Positions 51,274 to 61,656 of a stretch of 64,000 nt of DNA are shown one piece after another (position 1 is the first letter of the stretch; each line of letters opens with the position of its first letter). The position numbers and the translations under genes were made by a program. The stretch is from an uncultured delta proteobacterium (GTDB lineage: Bacteria > Myxococcota > Kuafuiibacteriia > Kuafuiibacteriales > Kuafuiibacteriaceae). Under the pieces are notes generated by a model. That model made no database searches, was not told the origin of the DNA, and worked only from the letters and a program-made list of their open reading frames with translations. The stretch lies in the NCBI GenBank assembly GCA_963803435.1, contig CAWDML010000006.1, positions 128,001 through 192,000 of the forward strand, in the 5' to 3' direction.

Positions 51274-52452
51274 TCACGGGACGCAGTCGGTCCCATCGAA
51301 CGTCCCGCCAGCGGCGCCACAGACCTCCGCCTGGGTCCGCGGCACGGTCCACCAGGTCAGCTCGTCGATCCGCCCGGTGAACGGCTCCACGCCGGGCTCC
51401 TTGCGCCCGAGATAGAGCGGCGCGCCGATCGGCCCGAGGAAGCCGCCCATGTTCTCCACGACCTTCCGGCCGTCGAGATACACCGTCAGGAACAGGCCGT
51501 CGTTCACCACGCCGACGTGGACCCACTGGTGCTCCGCGAACGCGTTGCACTGCGTGGTCGCATTGGCCGTACCGGTGACGCCGGTCCGCGAGAACTCCAC
51601 GTGGATGTTGTCGCACTGCGTGGTGAGGAAGAGGCCGTCGTTCCCGATGTTCAAACCGCGCGCGAGGATCGTCTGGTTCGCCCCTGTGTTGGAGGTATTG
51701 ATCCAGAGCTCGATGGAGAGCGCGCCGGTACCGTCGAGCGTCGGATCGGCGGGGATCAGGAACTGCCCGACGCTCCCCTCGAACTCCACCGCGTTGCCGA
51801 TCTTCCCCTGGACGCCGCGCGTGAGCCCGGCGCTGGCCGGCACGCCGTCGTTCATGTTCCCGGAGTCGTCGACGAGCGCGCCGCTGGTCTCCTCGAATCG
51901 ATAGGAGGCGGCCAGCCCAGCCACGCCGGCGTCGACGCCCGTGTCGATCGGCGCGGCGTCGTCGGGCAGCGCTGCGTCCTCCGCCCCACCGCCGTCGGCC
52001 TCGCCGTCCTCGGTCTCGGCGTCCCGGACGCGCGCGTCGTCCGCCTCCGGCTGCCCCGCGTCGAGCGCGGGACACCCGATCCCCGAGCACGCACCCACGC
52101 CGCTCAGCGCCACCGCGAGCGTGGCGCCCCGGCTGGCATTGCTCTCGAACGACATCGCCGCCGCAAAGTTGCCGGCGCGATCGGGCATGAAGCGCACCCG
52201 CAGCTCGGCGGCCTCGCCCGGGTTGATCTTGAGGGTGGACGGGAAGACCTCGAAGGCCGGCTCGGAGACGGTCACCGCCGTGACCTGGAGCGGGAACGCA
52301 CCGGCGTTCGAGATCTCCATCGGCCGCGTGTGATTGCGGCCCACGGGGACCTGCCCGAAGTCGAGGCGCCGCTCCGATACGACCAAGCGCGCGTCGGGTC
52401 CGACCGGGTCACTGCACGCGACCAAGAGGAGCGCGAGCGATGCGCAGCGCAC
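51274..52452 (-). CDS. Lipoprotein with ASH/Ig-like domain, acidic linker and LamG/ConA-like domain
   Basis: Lipobox LVAC; LDFGQV...ISNAG..PLQV; DAG repeats; SIELWI, QWVHV, YLDG, FTGRIDE. Confidence 0.82.
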   Translation of the reverse strand: MRCASLALLLVACSDPVGPDARLVVSERRLDFGQVPVGRNHTRPMEISNAGAFPLQVTAVTVSEPAFEVFPSTLKINPGEAAELRVRFMPDRAGNFAAAMSFESNASRGATLAVALSGVGACSGIGCPALDAGQPEADDARVRDAETEDGEADGGGAEDAALPDDAAPIDTGVDAGVAGLAASYRFEETSGALVDDSGNMNDGVPASAGLTRGVQGKIGNAVEFEGSVGQFLIPADPTLDGTGALSIELWINTSNTGANQTILARGLNIGNDGLFLTTQCDNIHVEFSRTGVTGTANATTQCNAFAEHQWVHVGVVNDGLFLTVYLDGRKVVENMGGFLGPIGAPLYLGRKEPGVEPFTGRIDELTWWTVPRTQAEVCGAAGGTFDGTDCVP

Positions 52453-52479
52453 CGGCCCAGCATATGCTATCCGGTGGGC
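52453..52479. promoter_or_regulatory. 27-bp divergent gap with overlapping -10-like boxes
   Basis: Palindrome AGCATATGCT (52459-52468); TATGCT 6 nt before the minus GTG; TGcTATCCG 6 nt before the plus ATG. Confidence 0.5.
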
Positions 52480-53079
52480 ATGAGCGACCGACCGATCCTC
52501 CTGCTGGACGTCATGGGTACGCTGGTGACCGAGCCCTTCGAGGTGGACGTCCCGAAGTTCTTCGGCGTGTCCCTGGAGGAGCTCATCGAGGTCAAGGATC
52601 GGTCCGCTTGGATCGAGTTCGAACACGGGCGGATCGACGAGGACGAGTACTGCGCCCGCTTCTTCAGCGACGGTCGCGGCCTCGACAAGGCGGCCTTCAA
52701 GGCGATGATGCACGCGTCGTACGATTGGATGGACGGCGTGGAGTCGCTCCTCGGGGAGCTGCAGGCCGCCGGCTATTCCATGCACGCGCTCTCGAACTAT
52801 TCGTCCTGGTATGAGCTGATCGAGGACAAGCTGACGCCGTCCCGCTTCCTCGAGTGGACGTTCGTCTCCTGCCGCACGGGTGTCCGCAAGCCGGACCCTG
52901 AGGCCTACCTGGGGGCAGCGCGCGCGCTGGGCGTGGAGCCGTCGCGATGCCTCTTCGTCGACGATCGGGGGAAGAATACGCAGGCGGCGCTCGACGCGGG
53001 AATGCAGGCCATCCTGCGAACACCGCGGATCGAAGATCTGCGCGCGGACCTGATGAGATTGGGCGTGCTGGGAGAGTAG
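52480..53079 (+). CDS. HAD-family phosphatase resembling the FMN hydrolase FHY1 type
   Basis: PILLLDVMGTL, ALSNY, RKPDPEAY, FVDDR. Confidence 0.85.
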   Translation: MSDRPILLLDVMGTLVTEPFEVDVPKFFGVSLEELIEVKDRSAWIEFEHGRIDEDEYCARFFSDGRGLDKAAFKAMMHASYDWMDGVESLLGELQAAGYSMHALSNYSSWYELIEDKLTPSRFLEWTFVSCRTGVRKPDPEAYLGAARALGVEPSRCLFVDDRGKNTQAALDAGMQAILRTPRIEDLRADLMRLGVLGE

Positions 53080-53106
53080 GCGCGGGAAGCGAGCTTCGCC
53101 GCGCCT
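53078..53106. terminator. GC-rich hairpin between convergent genes
   Basis: AGGCGCGG-GAAGC-GA-GCTTC-G-CCGCGCCT; no U-tract. Confidence 0.4.
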
Positions 53107-53116
53107 CTCGACGGTC

Positions 53117-53575
53117 CTAAGCCTGCTGAGCCTTGGCCTGGTCGACGCGGCCGCCGAACGACTCGCGATCGAGCGCCGCGCGGCTGTAGACCTGGAACTG
53201 CTCGGCGGCGGCCAGGATGATGGCGGCGCGCTTGCTGGAGCTCGAGCGGACCTCGCCAACCTCGAAGCGGCCGTCGTTGTCCTTGTCGACGAGCTTGATG
53301 GTCTTGATGAGGTTGCCGCGCTTCACCGGATCCTTCAGATCCGCCACGGTCACCTGACCACCGCGAGCTTCGTAGCCCTGCAGGGCCTCGTGGGCCATCT
53401 TGTAGAAGGCCTGGTAGGCCTTCGGGCCGCCCATGCTCTCCGCTTCTTCAGCCGAGAGGCGGACGCGGTCTTCCAGCGTCTTGCCTTCCTTGAGGGCGTA
53501 GTCGCCCATCTTGTCCAAAAGATGCTCGGTTACATTGTGAGCGATGCGATTGCTGACGTATCCTGGGAATGCCAT
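53117..53575 (-). CDS. Hypothetical protein with one EF-hand-like loop
   Basis: AAGGAG SD; DKDNDGRFEVGE fits DxDxDG-x5-E. Confidence 0.65.
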   Translation of the reverse strand: MAFPGYVSNRIAHNVTEHLLDKMGDYALKEGKTLEDRVRLSAEEAESMGGPKAYQAFYKMAHEALQGYEARGGQVTVADLKDPVKRGNLIKTIKLVDKDNDGRFEVGEVRSSSSKRAAIILAAAEQFQVYSRAALDRESFGGRVDQAKAQQA

Positions 53576-53588
53576 GGTTCGATCTCCT

Positions 53589-53936
53589 TCACCTTCTAAT
53601 CGTTAGCCAGTTCTTCGACGGCTCGAGCACGTGGCTCAATGTGGCGAGGAGCTGGATGTCGCCGCCCAGCACGAGTCGCTGGTTCTCCAGCGCCGCGTTG
53701 GGCTCCAGCGTGCCGTCGAGGAATCCGGCAAAGGCCTCTTCAGAGAACCAAGCGAGGAGCTCGGCATCCTGGTCGAAGGCCTCCACAAGCGGGCGCTCGT
53801 GATCTCCGAATCGAATCGTGAGCACGTCACCCTGTCCCACCTCGATGGCGATCGATCCCCTTTGGCTCAGGAACTGATCCGGTTTTTCTCGGATCGCTGC
53901 GCACAGCGCCCCTATGAGCTTTTGGGTTCTCTTCAT
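53589..53936 (-). CDS. SCP2 sterol/lipid-binding domain protein
   Basis: FAGFLDGTLEPNAALENQRLVLGGDIQLL. Confidence 0.75.
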   Translation of the reverse strand: MKRTQKLIGALCAAIREKPDQFLSQRGSIAIEVGQGDVLTIRFGDHERPLVEAFDQDAELLAWFSEEAFAGFLDGTLEPNAALENQRLVLGGDIQLLATLSHVLEPSKNWLTIRR

Positions 53937-54129
53937 CGCCCCCGCCTTACGTACCCCTTTTCGCCGGGGCGAAAGGAAAGTTGTGCGTTGTTGTGTGACA
54001 AGTCCTACCTATCCGGCGATCATGATGGATCCGTCGTGCTGTCGCGGAGATACACGTTTACGACGATCGGCGGAGCGGCCCAGCGTGCCCCGGCCGTCTC
54101 GGAGGAACGAAACGGGGCCTCGGGCGCCG

Positions 54130-55143
54130 TCAGTAGCCGTTGCTGTAGTGGGCCCAGGCGTTCGCCGGCGTGCCGTAGCGCGCCTTGATATAGCGAAGCA
54201 TGCCGACCGCCTCGTCGAGCGGGACACCGAGGCCGTTCAGGCCGTGCCGATAGTACGCCTTCACGTTGTAGTTGAGCAGCTGGCCGAGCCCGGTGGCGGA
54301 GGAGACGGCGGTGATCCGGCCGTGCTGGAGCTCGTGATAGATCTTCGGCCACTCACTCTTGTGGTTCTTGCGCGAGCCGTACGTGTAGTTGGGGACGCCG
54401 ACCACGCCGTTCGACTCGTGCTTGAGGATCTGATGGAGGCCGGGCGCGCTGCCCCACGAGGGCGGGAGACCTGCGACGTGGGCGGCGGCGCGGAACAGCT
54501 CGCGCGCGCGGCGTGAGCCGGGGGCGAAGCGCACGCCGGGTGAGAAGCGTGTGTAGCTCTGGACCCGACGGTGCGCCTGCTGGAGCGAGCGCCGTCCGCG
54601 TTTGGTCTCGAAGAGCTCCTCGAGCGAGCGCCGGGTCCGCTGGCCAAAGACACCGTTGGTCTCGGTCGGCTTGCCCATGACACGGAGCGTGAGCTGGAGC
54701 TGATTCACCGCGCGCCGAAGAGCGGGGCCGAACACCCCGTTGACGCCCCGGTTCTTGGGATAGAAGCCGAGGTTTTGGAGGACCTGCTTCAGCGCACGGA
54801 CGTCCTCGTTCGGGTGGTGCTTGCCCATCCCGTACTTGAGCCGGGCGTGCGGGACCCGGAGCTCGTCGTGGACCGAGCGCGACGCCGTCACGCGGGCATC
54901 GAGGACGCTGAAACGGGGGGTCGCGCCGGGCTCGACCAGCCGGAGCCCCGCCGCCGCCAAGCCCTCCTGGATCGTGCTCGGGCGAGCGAGGATCGTCCTG
55001 ACCATGGCGTCGTTGGAGCGCGGCACGGGTGCTGTTTGGTCGCTGGCCGCCTGGCTGTCGAGGGCCCCGCCGAGCACGCTGCCGACGCCCGTGACGAGGG
55101 AGATACCTCCGGCGGTGAGCTGGGTCCGCGAGAGCCTCGTCAC
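54130..55143 (-). CDS. Peptidoglycan-binding domain + SLT/lysozyme-like transglycosylase (start uncertain)
   Basis: DVRALKQVLQNLG...GVFGP; catalytic HESNG; SSATGLGQLL; YIKARYGTP. Confidence 0.8.
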   Translation of the reverse strand: MTRLSRTQLTAGGISLVTGVGSVLGGALDSQAASDQTAPVPRSNDAMVRTILARPSTIQEGLAAAGLRLVEPGATPRFSVLDARVTASRSVHDELRVPHARLKYGMGKHHPNEDVRALKQVLQNLGFYPKNRGVNGVFGPALRRAVNQLQLTLRVMGKPTETNGVFGQRTRRSLEELFETKRGRRSLQQAHRRVQSYTRFSPGVRFAPGSRRARELFRAAAHVAGLPPSWGSAPGLHQILKHESNGVVGVPNYTYGSRKNHKSEWPKIYHELQHGRITAVSSATGLGQLLNYNVKAYYRHGLNGLGVPLDEAVGMLRYIKARYGTPANAWAHYSNGY

Positions 55144-55312
55144 TCGATCGTTTTCGGCCGCGCGCGAACCCAAACGATTACATCTCGCTTACAGCTCCGA
55201 TCCGCGTGGGTCCGGCCCCATGGACCCCTGTTCGTGCGCGTGTGAGCTTCATCGCCGCGCTTACGCCCGGAGGGTAACAGCGGAAGGCGGTCGGTGAGGC
55301 CACCATGCCGAG

Positions 55313-57838
55313 GTGCTGCCACCTGCGCGGGACCGCTTCTTCGGTCGTGAGGATGACCTCGAGCGAATCCGGGCGCGCCTCCAGGCAGCTCGCCAGGTCA
55401 CGATCGTCGGACCTCCCGGGATTGGGAAGACGCGCGTGGCGCTCGAGCTCGCGCGAAAGCACGGCGACGAATACGACCATGTCTCGTTCATCTCGCTCGG
55501 GAGCGCCCGGACCCTGGGCGCGGCGCTGGCGGCCCTCGGCGGGGCGCTCGAGATCGATCTGCCGCCGCTGCCCGAGCGTGCGCTGCCCGATTCGATTGCG
55601 GGTGAGGTCTCGCGATTCGGTCGGACACTGCTGATCCTCGACAACTTCGAGCAGCTCGTCGACTCCGCCGCCGTCCTGATCGATCGGATCCTAGAGCGAG
55701 CTCCGAGCGCACACCTGGTGGTGACGTCGCGGGCGCGGCTGCGTCTCACCGGCGAGTGGCTCTGCGAGCTGCGGGGTCTCGCCGAGGAGAGCGACGCGCT
55801 CGGCTTGCTGATCGATCGGGTGGAGCGGCTGCGCGGTGAGTACCAGCCCACCGAGGTCGAGCGCGGACAGCTTCGCGCGATCGCTCAGTACCTCGAGGGC
55901 ATCCCGCTGGCGCTCGAGGTAGCCGCCGTCCGGATCAGCGCCCTGGGAACGGCCAACGTCGCCGCCCGGCTGGGCGAGCCGCTGCAGGACGACCTGCGCC
56001 GCGCCGTCGCACGCAGCTGGGATCTCTTGACCGAGGCCGAGCGCGAGGTGCTGGCGGCCTGCTCGATCTTCCGGGGTGGTTTCGAGCTCGCGGCGGCGAC
56101 GAGCGTATTGCCGGCGCCGGGGCTGCTCGACGATCTCACGGAGCTCTGCGAGAAGTCGCTGCTCGCGACCGCGCCGCGCGACGACGGCGGGCAGCGCTTT
56201 CACCTGTACGAGAGCATCCGCGAGTTCGCGGCCGAGCAGCTGGATCCCGAGCGGACCCGCGCGCTGGCGCGCCGCCACGCGCAGTACTTCGTGGAGGTCG
56301 GCGAGCGGCTCCAGACCGCGGCGGAGGGGCGGGACGCCGAGGAGATCCTCGACTCCCTCACGCGCGAGCACGGGAACCTGATGGCGGCTGCGGAGCGCGG
56401 CCTGGCGGGCGACGGTGTGACCCCGGAGCTCGGACTGCGCGCGCTGATGGCGCTGGTGCCCCTCGCGTTGGCGCGAGGTCCGATCGCGCCGCTCCTCGAC
56501 AAGATCGAGGTCGCGCTCGGCTCCGAGGTCGAACCGCACCTCCGGATCGCCGTCCACCTGGCGGCCGGCCGGTGCCACCGGCGCCTGGGGCGCGCGGAGT
56601 TGTCGCGCCACCATCAGAAGGAAGCGGTGGCGCTCGCCACGTCTCTTCGGGACGATCGCCTGATCGCGCGCGTGACCAGCGATGCGGCCATGACGCAGCT
56701 GTCGGAGGGCGAGCTCGAGGGATCGCTGGCGATGCTGAGCGAGGCCGTGGTGATCCGCGAGCGGGTACGCGATCTCGAAGGCGCCGCGCTCGATCGCCTC
56801 CGGATGGGGATGGCGCTCCGCGAGCTGGGCCGGACCGACCGTGCGGAGGAGATGCTCGCCGCAGCCATGGAGATCTTCCGCCGCGAGGGCAACGCCGTGT
56901 ACCTGGGCCTCGCGTTCGGAGAGCTGGTGCACCTGGCCCTCGACCGCGGTCAGTACGAGGATGCGCGCCGGTTGCTCTCTCACGCGCGGCGCTCGGGCGC
57001 GCAGGCTGCCTCGCGTCTGACCGACGCCGCGCTCACCGCGCGCACCGGGATGCTCGCGCACGCGGAGGGCGACCTGGCGCTGGCGGAGACCGGGCTCTCG
57101 GCCGCGATCATCGGCCTCCGGCGCGTCGGGTACCGGAGGTTCGAGGCGGGCGTGATCGGGTATCTGGGCGCGGTGGACTTCGAGGCGGGACGGCTCGAGA
57201 TCGCGCACGAACGGCTGGTGCTGGCGCGGGACATGGTCCCCAACGACGCGCGCGCCACCGAGATCATGTCCGGATGGATCTGCGCGCTCGAGGTCGCGCG
57301 CGGCGATACCTCCGCAGCCCGGCGGGCGGCGGCCCGGATCGGTCCCTTGCGCGCGAGCGATCCGTTGAGCATGGCCACTCACGTGCTGGCGGCCTCGCTC
57401 ACGCATGTCGCCCCGGAGCTGAGCGAGGACCACCGGTCGCACGACGTGCGGCTCGCCTACCGGATCGGGCTCGCCGACCACAGCGCGGACTGCGTTCATG
57501 CGGCGCGCTCGGGCGCCCTCCGCGTGGCGGCCTCAGGGCAATGGTTCATGCTGCCGACCGGCGTGCGCGGCGAGTGCAACCGCTATCGCGCACTCCGCTT
57601 GGTCCTGCTCGAGCTCGTCAAGCAGCGCCTCCTCCATCCCAACGGTCCGGCCAGCCGCGACGCGCTGATCGCCGCCGGATGGCCGGGTGAGCGGATCGTA
57701 CCGTCGGCCGCACGGAACCGTCTCAAGGTCGCGATCGCCTCGCTGCGCAGGATCGGTCTCGAAGGACTCCTGCTGCGCTCGGAGGGCGGCTATCTCCTCG
57801 ACCCCGCCGTTCCGATCGTGGTGATGGGCGACGAGTGA
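55313..57838 (+). CDS. STAND (NB-ARC-like) ATPase + TPR + C-terminal winged HTH regulator
   Basis: GPPGIGKT, LILDNFE, LEGIPLALE; WPGE...NRLKVAIASLRR...GYLLDP. Confidence 0.85.
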   Translation: MLPPARDRFFGREDDLERIRARLQAARQVTIVGPPGIGKTRVALELARKHGDEYDHVSFISLGSARTLGAALAALGGALEIDLPPLPERALPDSIAGEVSRFGRTLLILDNFEQLVDSAAVLIDRILERAPSAHLVVTSRARLRLTGEWLCELRGLAEESDALGLLIDRVERLRGEYQPTEVERGQLRAIAQYLEGIPLALEVAAVRISALGTANVAARLGEPLQDDLRRAVARSWDLLTEAEREVLAACSIFRGGFELAAATSVLPAPGLLDDLTELCEKSLLATAPRDDGGQRFHLYESIREFAAEQLDPERTRALARRHAQYFVEVGERLQTAAEGRDAEEILDSLTREHGNLMAAAERGLAGDGVTPELGLRALMALVPLALARGPIAPLLDKIEVALGSEVEPHLRIAVHLAAGRCHRRLGRAELSRHHQKEAVALATSLRDDRLIARVTSDAAMTQLSEGELEGSLAMLSEAVVIRERVRDLEGAALDRLRMGMALRELGRTDRAEEMLAAAMEIFRREGNAVYLGLAFGELVHLALDRGQYEDARRLLSHARRSGAQAASRLTDAALTARTGMLAHAEGDLALAETGLSAAIIGLRRVGYRRFEAGVIGYLGAVDFEAGRLEIAHERLVLARDMVPNDARATEIMSGWICALEVARGDTSAARRAAARIGPLRASDPLSMATHVLAASLTHVAPELSEDHRSHDVRLAYRIGLADHSADCVHAARSGALRVAASGQWFMLPTGVRGECNRYRALRLVLLELVKQRLLHPNGPASRDALIAAGWPGERIVPSAARNRLKVAIASLRRIGLEGLLLRSEGGYLLDPAVPIVVMGDE

Positions 57839-57876
57839 TCTCGGGATCAGCGGCGCCTGAGAGTAGCGGCGGTCCT

Positions 57877-59170
57877 TCAAGCTCGGGGGGACGCCGGCGC
57901 GATCGGGAGCTCGATGCTCACCTTGGTCCCCAGGCCGATCTGGCTCTCGAACGCGATCTCGCCCTGGTGATCACCCACGACCTGGTGCGCGATCGCCAGC
58001 CCCAGGCCCATCCGCACCCGGCCGTCGCGCCTGGTGAAGCCGGGCTCGAACACGCGCGACAGCTCGTCCTCGCTCATGCCGACGCCGTTGTCGTCGATCT
58101 CCACGCACACGCACTCGCGATAGGCGCGCGTCCGCACCACGATCACCGCGTCGCCCTTTCCCTCGACGGCGTCGCACGCGTTGCGGAGGACCGTCGAGAA
58201 GACCTCGTTGAGACGCGCTGGATAGCAGACGATCGAGGCGGTCTTCGAGTAGTCGCGCACCAGCGAGATGCCGTCGAGCCGGTGCCGGAGGAGCGCGAGC
58301 GCGTCCTCGAGGCAGGTCTCGACGCCAATCTCTTGCTTCACGGCCTCGTCGAGACGCACGAAGCTCTTGAGGCGGCGCACGATGCTGTCGATCCGCTGGC
58401 TCGCGTCGGCAATCGCGCGGCTCGACTCGGTCAGCGCGCCCAGCACGCCCGGGCTGGGTGCCGCCTCCACCGCGCGCACCTTGGTGACGGCGCGGTCAAT
58501 CGTCTGGCTGGCGCTGACCATGGTCCCGAGCGGCGAGTTCATCTCGTGGGTGATGCCGGCGACGAGGTGCACCAGCGCGGCCATCTTCTGCGACTCGAGC
58601 ACCCGGGCCTGCGACTTCTTCATCTCCATCGTCCGCGCCGCGACAATCTCTTCGAGGGACGCCTTCAGGCGGCCGAGCTCCGCGGTGGCGACGTCGAGCT
58701 CACGATCCCGCTTGGCTGCAGCGATCGCCGCCGCTGCGTGCGAGGCCGCCGCGGCGAGCCAGGTCTGCTCCTCTGCGTCGAACGGCCGTGGATCCGGGTC
58801 GGCGAGCGCGAAGACGCCCACGGGACGGCTGCGGGTCCGCAACACAATCGCGACCCTCCGCCAGCCCGGCGGCGCCTCGGGTAGCGCGAGCTCGAGGGCG
58901 GTCGAGGTCAGGACCTCCGGACTGATCGGCGTCTCTTCGCCAATCGGGGCCGGCTCGCAGCCGACGGCGACCGCGACCCGGAGGACGGCCGCAGCCTCGT
59001 CGAGCAGCAGGACCAGGGCGCGCGGCTGCTCGAAGACCCGCTCGGCCGCCGCGAGAATGATGGCGAGCTTGTGATCCAGGTTCGCGATGGAGGTGAGCTC
59101 GGCGGCGAGAATCACTCAGCGCTCGAACCTCCTCGCGCCTTCGCGCGAGCGCCCGCTCGAGGTCGCTCAT
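57877..59170 (-). CDS. GAF-domain histidine kinase; probable +1 frameshift near 59115
   Basis: [18 protein letters not shown] starts at an ATGA overlap, continues in another frame as ILAAEL; HEMNSP, NACDA, DNGVG, GLGL. Confidence 0.82.
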
Positions 59171-60324
59171 CTCGCGCCGTCGTGCACAGCCTGCGCCGGG
59201 AGCCAGATCGTCACTCGCGCGCCTCCTCCTGGTGCCGACCCGAACTCCAGACGACCGTGATTGGCCTCGATCAGACCGAGCGTGATCGCGAGCCCGAGCC
59301 CTGTCCCTTCACCTTCCGCCTTGGTCGTGAAGAACGGATCGCAGATCTTGTCCAGGATCGACTCCGGGATGCCGCCGCCCTGATCCGAGACTGCGACCCC
59401 GACCATCTCCTCGGAGCGCAGGCCGTCGATATGGACCGTGCCTCGGTCCGGCGAGGCGTGGATCGCGTTGAGCAGGACGTTGATGAGGCTCTGCATCAGC
59501 TGACCGCGATCGGCCACCGCGATCGCACCGCACTCTTCGTGTTCGAGCACGATCGAGCGCTTCAACGCCGCCGGGCGCGCGAGCCCGATCGAGGCCGCCA
59601 CCACGGCGTCCACGTCGACCTCCTCGCGGAGGATCGGGCGCTGGCGTGCGAAGTCGAGGAGGTTGCGCGTGATCGTGTGAATCCGGTCGAGCGCTTCCTT
59701 CATGAGGTCGAAGTACGGGGCCTCGCCGGGGCCCACCTCGCGGACGGTCCGCAGCCGGCTCAGCGCCGCCATCACGCCGGCCAGCGGGTTGTTGATCTCG
59801 TGGGCCACGCCCGACGCCAAGAGACCGATCGAGGAGAGCTTCTCCGTCTGGACCAGCTTCGCGTGCTCGTCGCGGAGCCGCCGGTGCGCCTCGTGAAGAT
59901 CGGCGGTCCGCACCGCCTGGCTCACCGCGATCGCGGCCAGGTCGCCAAACGCCTGGAGGATCTTCGCCTCGGCGGGCGTGGACGGGCTGTCGAGGAACAG
60001 GACGACCCAGCCGAAGAGATCTCGCTCGCTCACCAGCGGATGCGCGGCGGCGTCCCGCGACTCGCCGAGGTACGCCTTGAGCTCCTGTCCGATGTCGAAG
60101 CCGACCTCCATGACGCTGGCCTCCCACGACTTCGCCGCCTCGGGAAGGTTGCGGGCCGCCGCCACCGCGAGCCGTCCACTCCGCAGGACGCGGACCACCA
60201 CCACACCCGCGGTCGGCACCTGGTGCACCATCGCGTCCGCCAGGCGCGGCAGGATCTCGTCCGGCTCCGCCGCGTTGGCGACGAGCCGGCTGAATCCGAC
60301 CAAGAGGTCGACCGAGGGATCCAC
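59167..60324 (-). CDS. GAF-domain histidine kinase
   Basis: HEINNP, NAIHA, DQGGG, PFFTTK, GTGLGL. Confidence 0.9.
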   Translation of the reverse strand: MDPSVDLLVGFSRLVANAAEPDEILPRLADAMVHQVPTAGVVVVRVLRSGRLAVAAARNLPEAAKSWEASVMEVGFDIGQELKAYLGESRDAAAHPLVSERDLFGWVVLFLDSPSTPAEAKILQAFGDLAAIAVSQAVRTADLHEAHRRLRDEHAKLVQTEKLSSIGLLASGVAHEINNPLAGVMAALSRLRTVREVGPGEAPYFDLMKEALDRIHTITRNLLDFARQRPILREEVDVDAVVAASIGLARPAALKRSIVLEHEECGAIAVADRGQLMQSLINVLLNAIHASPDRGTVHIDGLRSEEMVGVAVSDQGGGIPESILDKICDPFFTTKAEGEGTGLGLAITLGLIEANHGRLEFGSAPGGGARVTIWLPAQAVHDGAR

Positions 60325-60407
60325 GGCGCGATCATCATGATCCGCAGGGACGACCCGCCACAAGGGATCTTAACTGACGGATTCGTCCGTGCTACCGGCT
60401 GCTCTCG

Positions 60408-61304
60408 GTGACGATCAAGCTGGACGCGCGAACGCTCGAGAAGCGGAGGGCCTTCTTCCACATCACCGACGCCGACCTCGAGCGCCTGGCCCGAATGCGG
60501 CCGCTGGCCGAGCGGCATCACGAGGTGATCGTCGAGGAGTTCTACGACCTCTTGCTGGCTCACGAGGAGACGCGGGCGTTCCTCAAGGACCAGGCCACGA
60601 TTGCGCGGGTGAAGGCCGCCCAGAAGGACTATTTTCTGGGGCTGTTCGAGGGTCGCTGCGATCTCTCCTACGCGGTCGATCGGGTGCGCGTCGGCTCCGC
60701 CCACGAGCGGATCGGGCTGCCGCCCACCTGGTATCTCGGAGCGTACAACCACTACCTCGAGCTCCTCTTCAAGCGAATGGCGGAGGAGCTCGAGCCCGAG
60801 GAGGCCCAGCGGGCCTACCGCAGCCTGGAGAAGCTGGTCTTCTTCGACGCCGCGATCGCGATCGACACCTACGTCGACGCCAGCGTCGAGAACGTGCGGC
60901 GCCACCAGGACGCGATCCGCGAGCTCTCCACGCCCGTGATCAAGATCCACGAGCGCGTGCTGCTGCTCCCGATCATCGGCACCATGGACACGCAGCGCGC
61001 GCAACAGATCATGGAGACGGTCCTCTCGCGGGTCGTCGACGAGCAGGCTCGGGTGATCATCCTCGACATCGCCGGCGTCGCGGTGGTCGACACCGAGGTC
61101 GCGGACCACCTGCTCAAGACCACCGCCGCGATCCGACTCCTCGGCGCCCAGACGGTGCTGACCGGGATCTCCGCGCAGGTGGCGCGCACGGTGGTCCAGC
61201 TCGGGGTCGACATCTCGTCGATGACCACGCGCAGCAACCTGGCCGACGGCATCAAGTTCGCGCTCAACACCGTCGGCTTCGAGATCGCGGAGCGATCCAC
61301 ATGA
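60408..61304 (+). CDS. rsbR: Stressosome RsbR with a globin sensor domain
   Basis: FYDLL...VGSAHERIGL (proximal His); STAS ELSTPV, GTMDT, VVDT. Confidence 0.9.
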   Translation: MTIKLDARTLEKRRAFFHITDADLERLARMRPLAERHHEVIVEEFYDLLLAHEETRAFLKDQATIARVKAAQKDYFLGLFEGRCDLSYAVDRVRVGSAHERIGLPPTWYLGAYNHYLELLFKRMAEELEPEEAQRAYRSLEKLVFFDAAIAIDTYVDASVENVRRHQDAIRELSTPVIKIHERVLLLPIIGTMDTQRAQQIMETVLSRVVDEQARVIILDIAGVAVVDTEVADHLLKTTAAIRLLGAQTVLTGISAQVARTVVQLGVDISSMTTRSNLADGIKFALNTVGFEIAERST

Positions 61305-61654
61305 GGGGACGAATCCCCGTCCTCCGCATCGGCAAGAACCTCCTGGTCAGCATCCAGCAGGAGCTCACGGACTCCGTCGCGGAGGCGCTCCAGCAGGACG
61401 TGCTCTCGGTGATCGAGCGACACGGCGCGAGCGGGCTCCTGATCGACGTCTCGGCGCTCGACACCGTCGACACCTACGTCGCGTCGGTGTTGGCGGGCAC
61501 GGGACAGATGGCGCGGCTGATGGGGACCCGGTCGGTGATCGTCGGCATCCGGCCCGAGGTCGCGGCCACGCTGGTCAGGATGGGATTCCACTTCGAGGGC
61601 ATCGAGACAGCGCTCAACGCCGAGGAGGGCCTGTCGTTGCTCGCGCGGGATTGA
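61301..61654 (+). CDS. rsbS: Stressosome RsbS
   Basis: IPVLRI...IDVSALDTVDT...GIRPEVAATLV. Confidence 0.9.
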   Translation: MRGRIPVLRIGKNLLVSIQQELTDSVAEALQQDVLSVIERHGASGLLIDVSALDTVDTYVASVLAGTGQMARLMGTRSVIVGIRPEVAATLVRMGFHFEGIETALNAEEGLSLLARD

Positions 61655-61656
61655 GG

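Noticed and set aside
55151-55180. Sigma28-like promoter (GCCGAAAA, minus strand) before the transglycosylase
   Set aside because: The spacing to a TAAA-like -35 is wrong.
55313-57838. STAND protein as an Avs anti-phage system
   Set aside because: No N-terminal effector; C-terminal wHTH fits a common myxobacterial regulator; no defence-island context.
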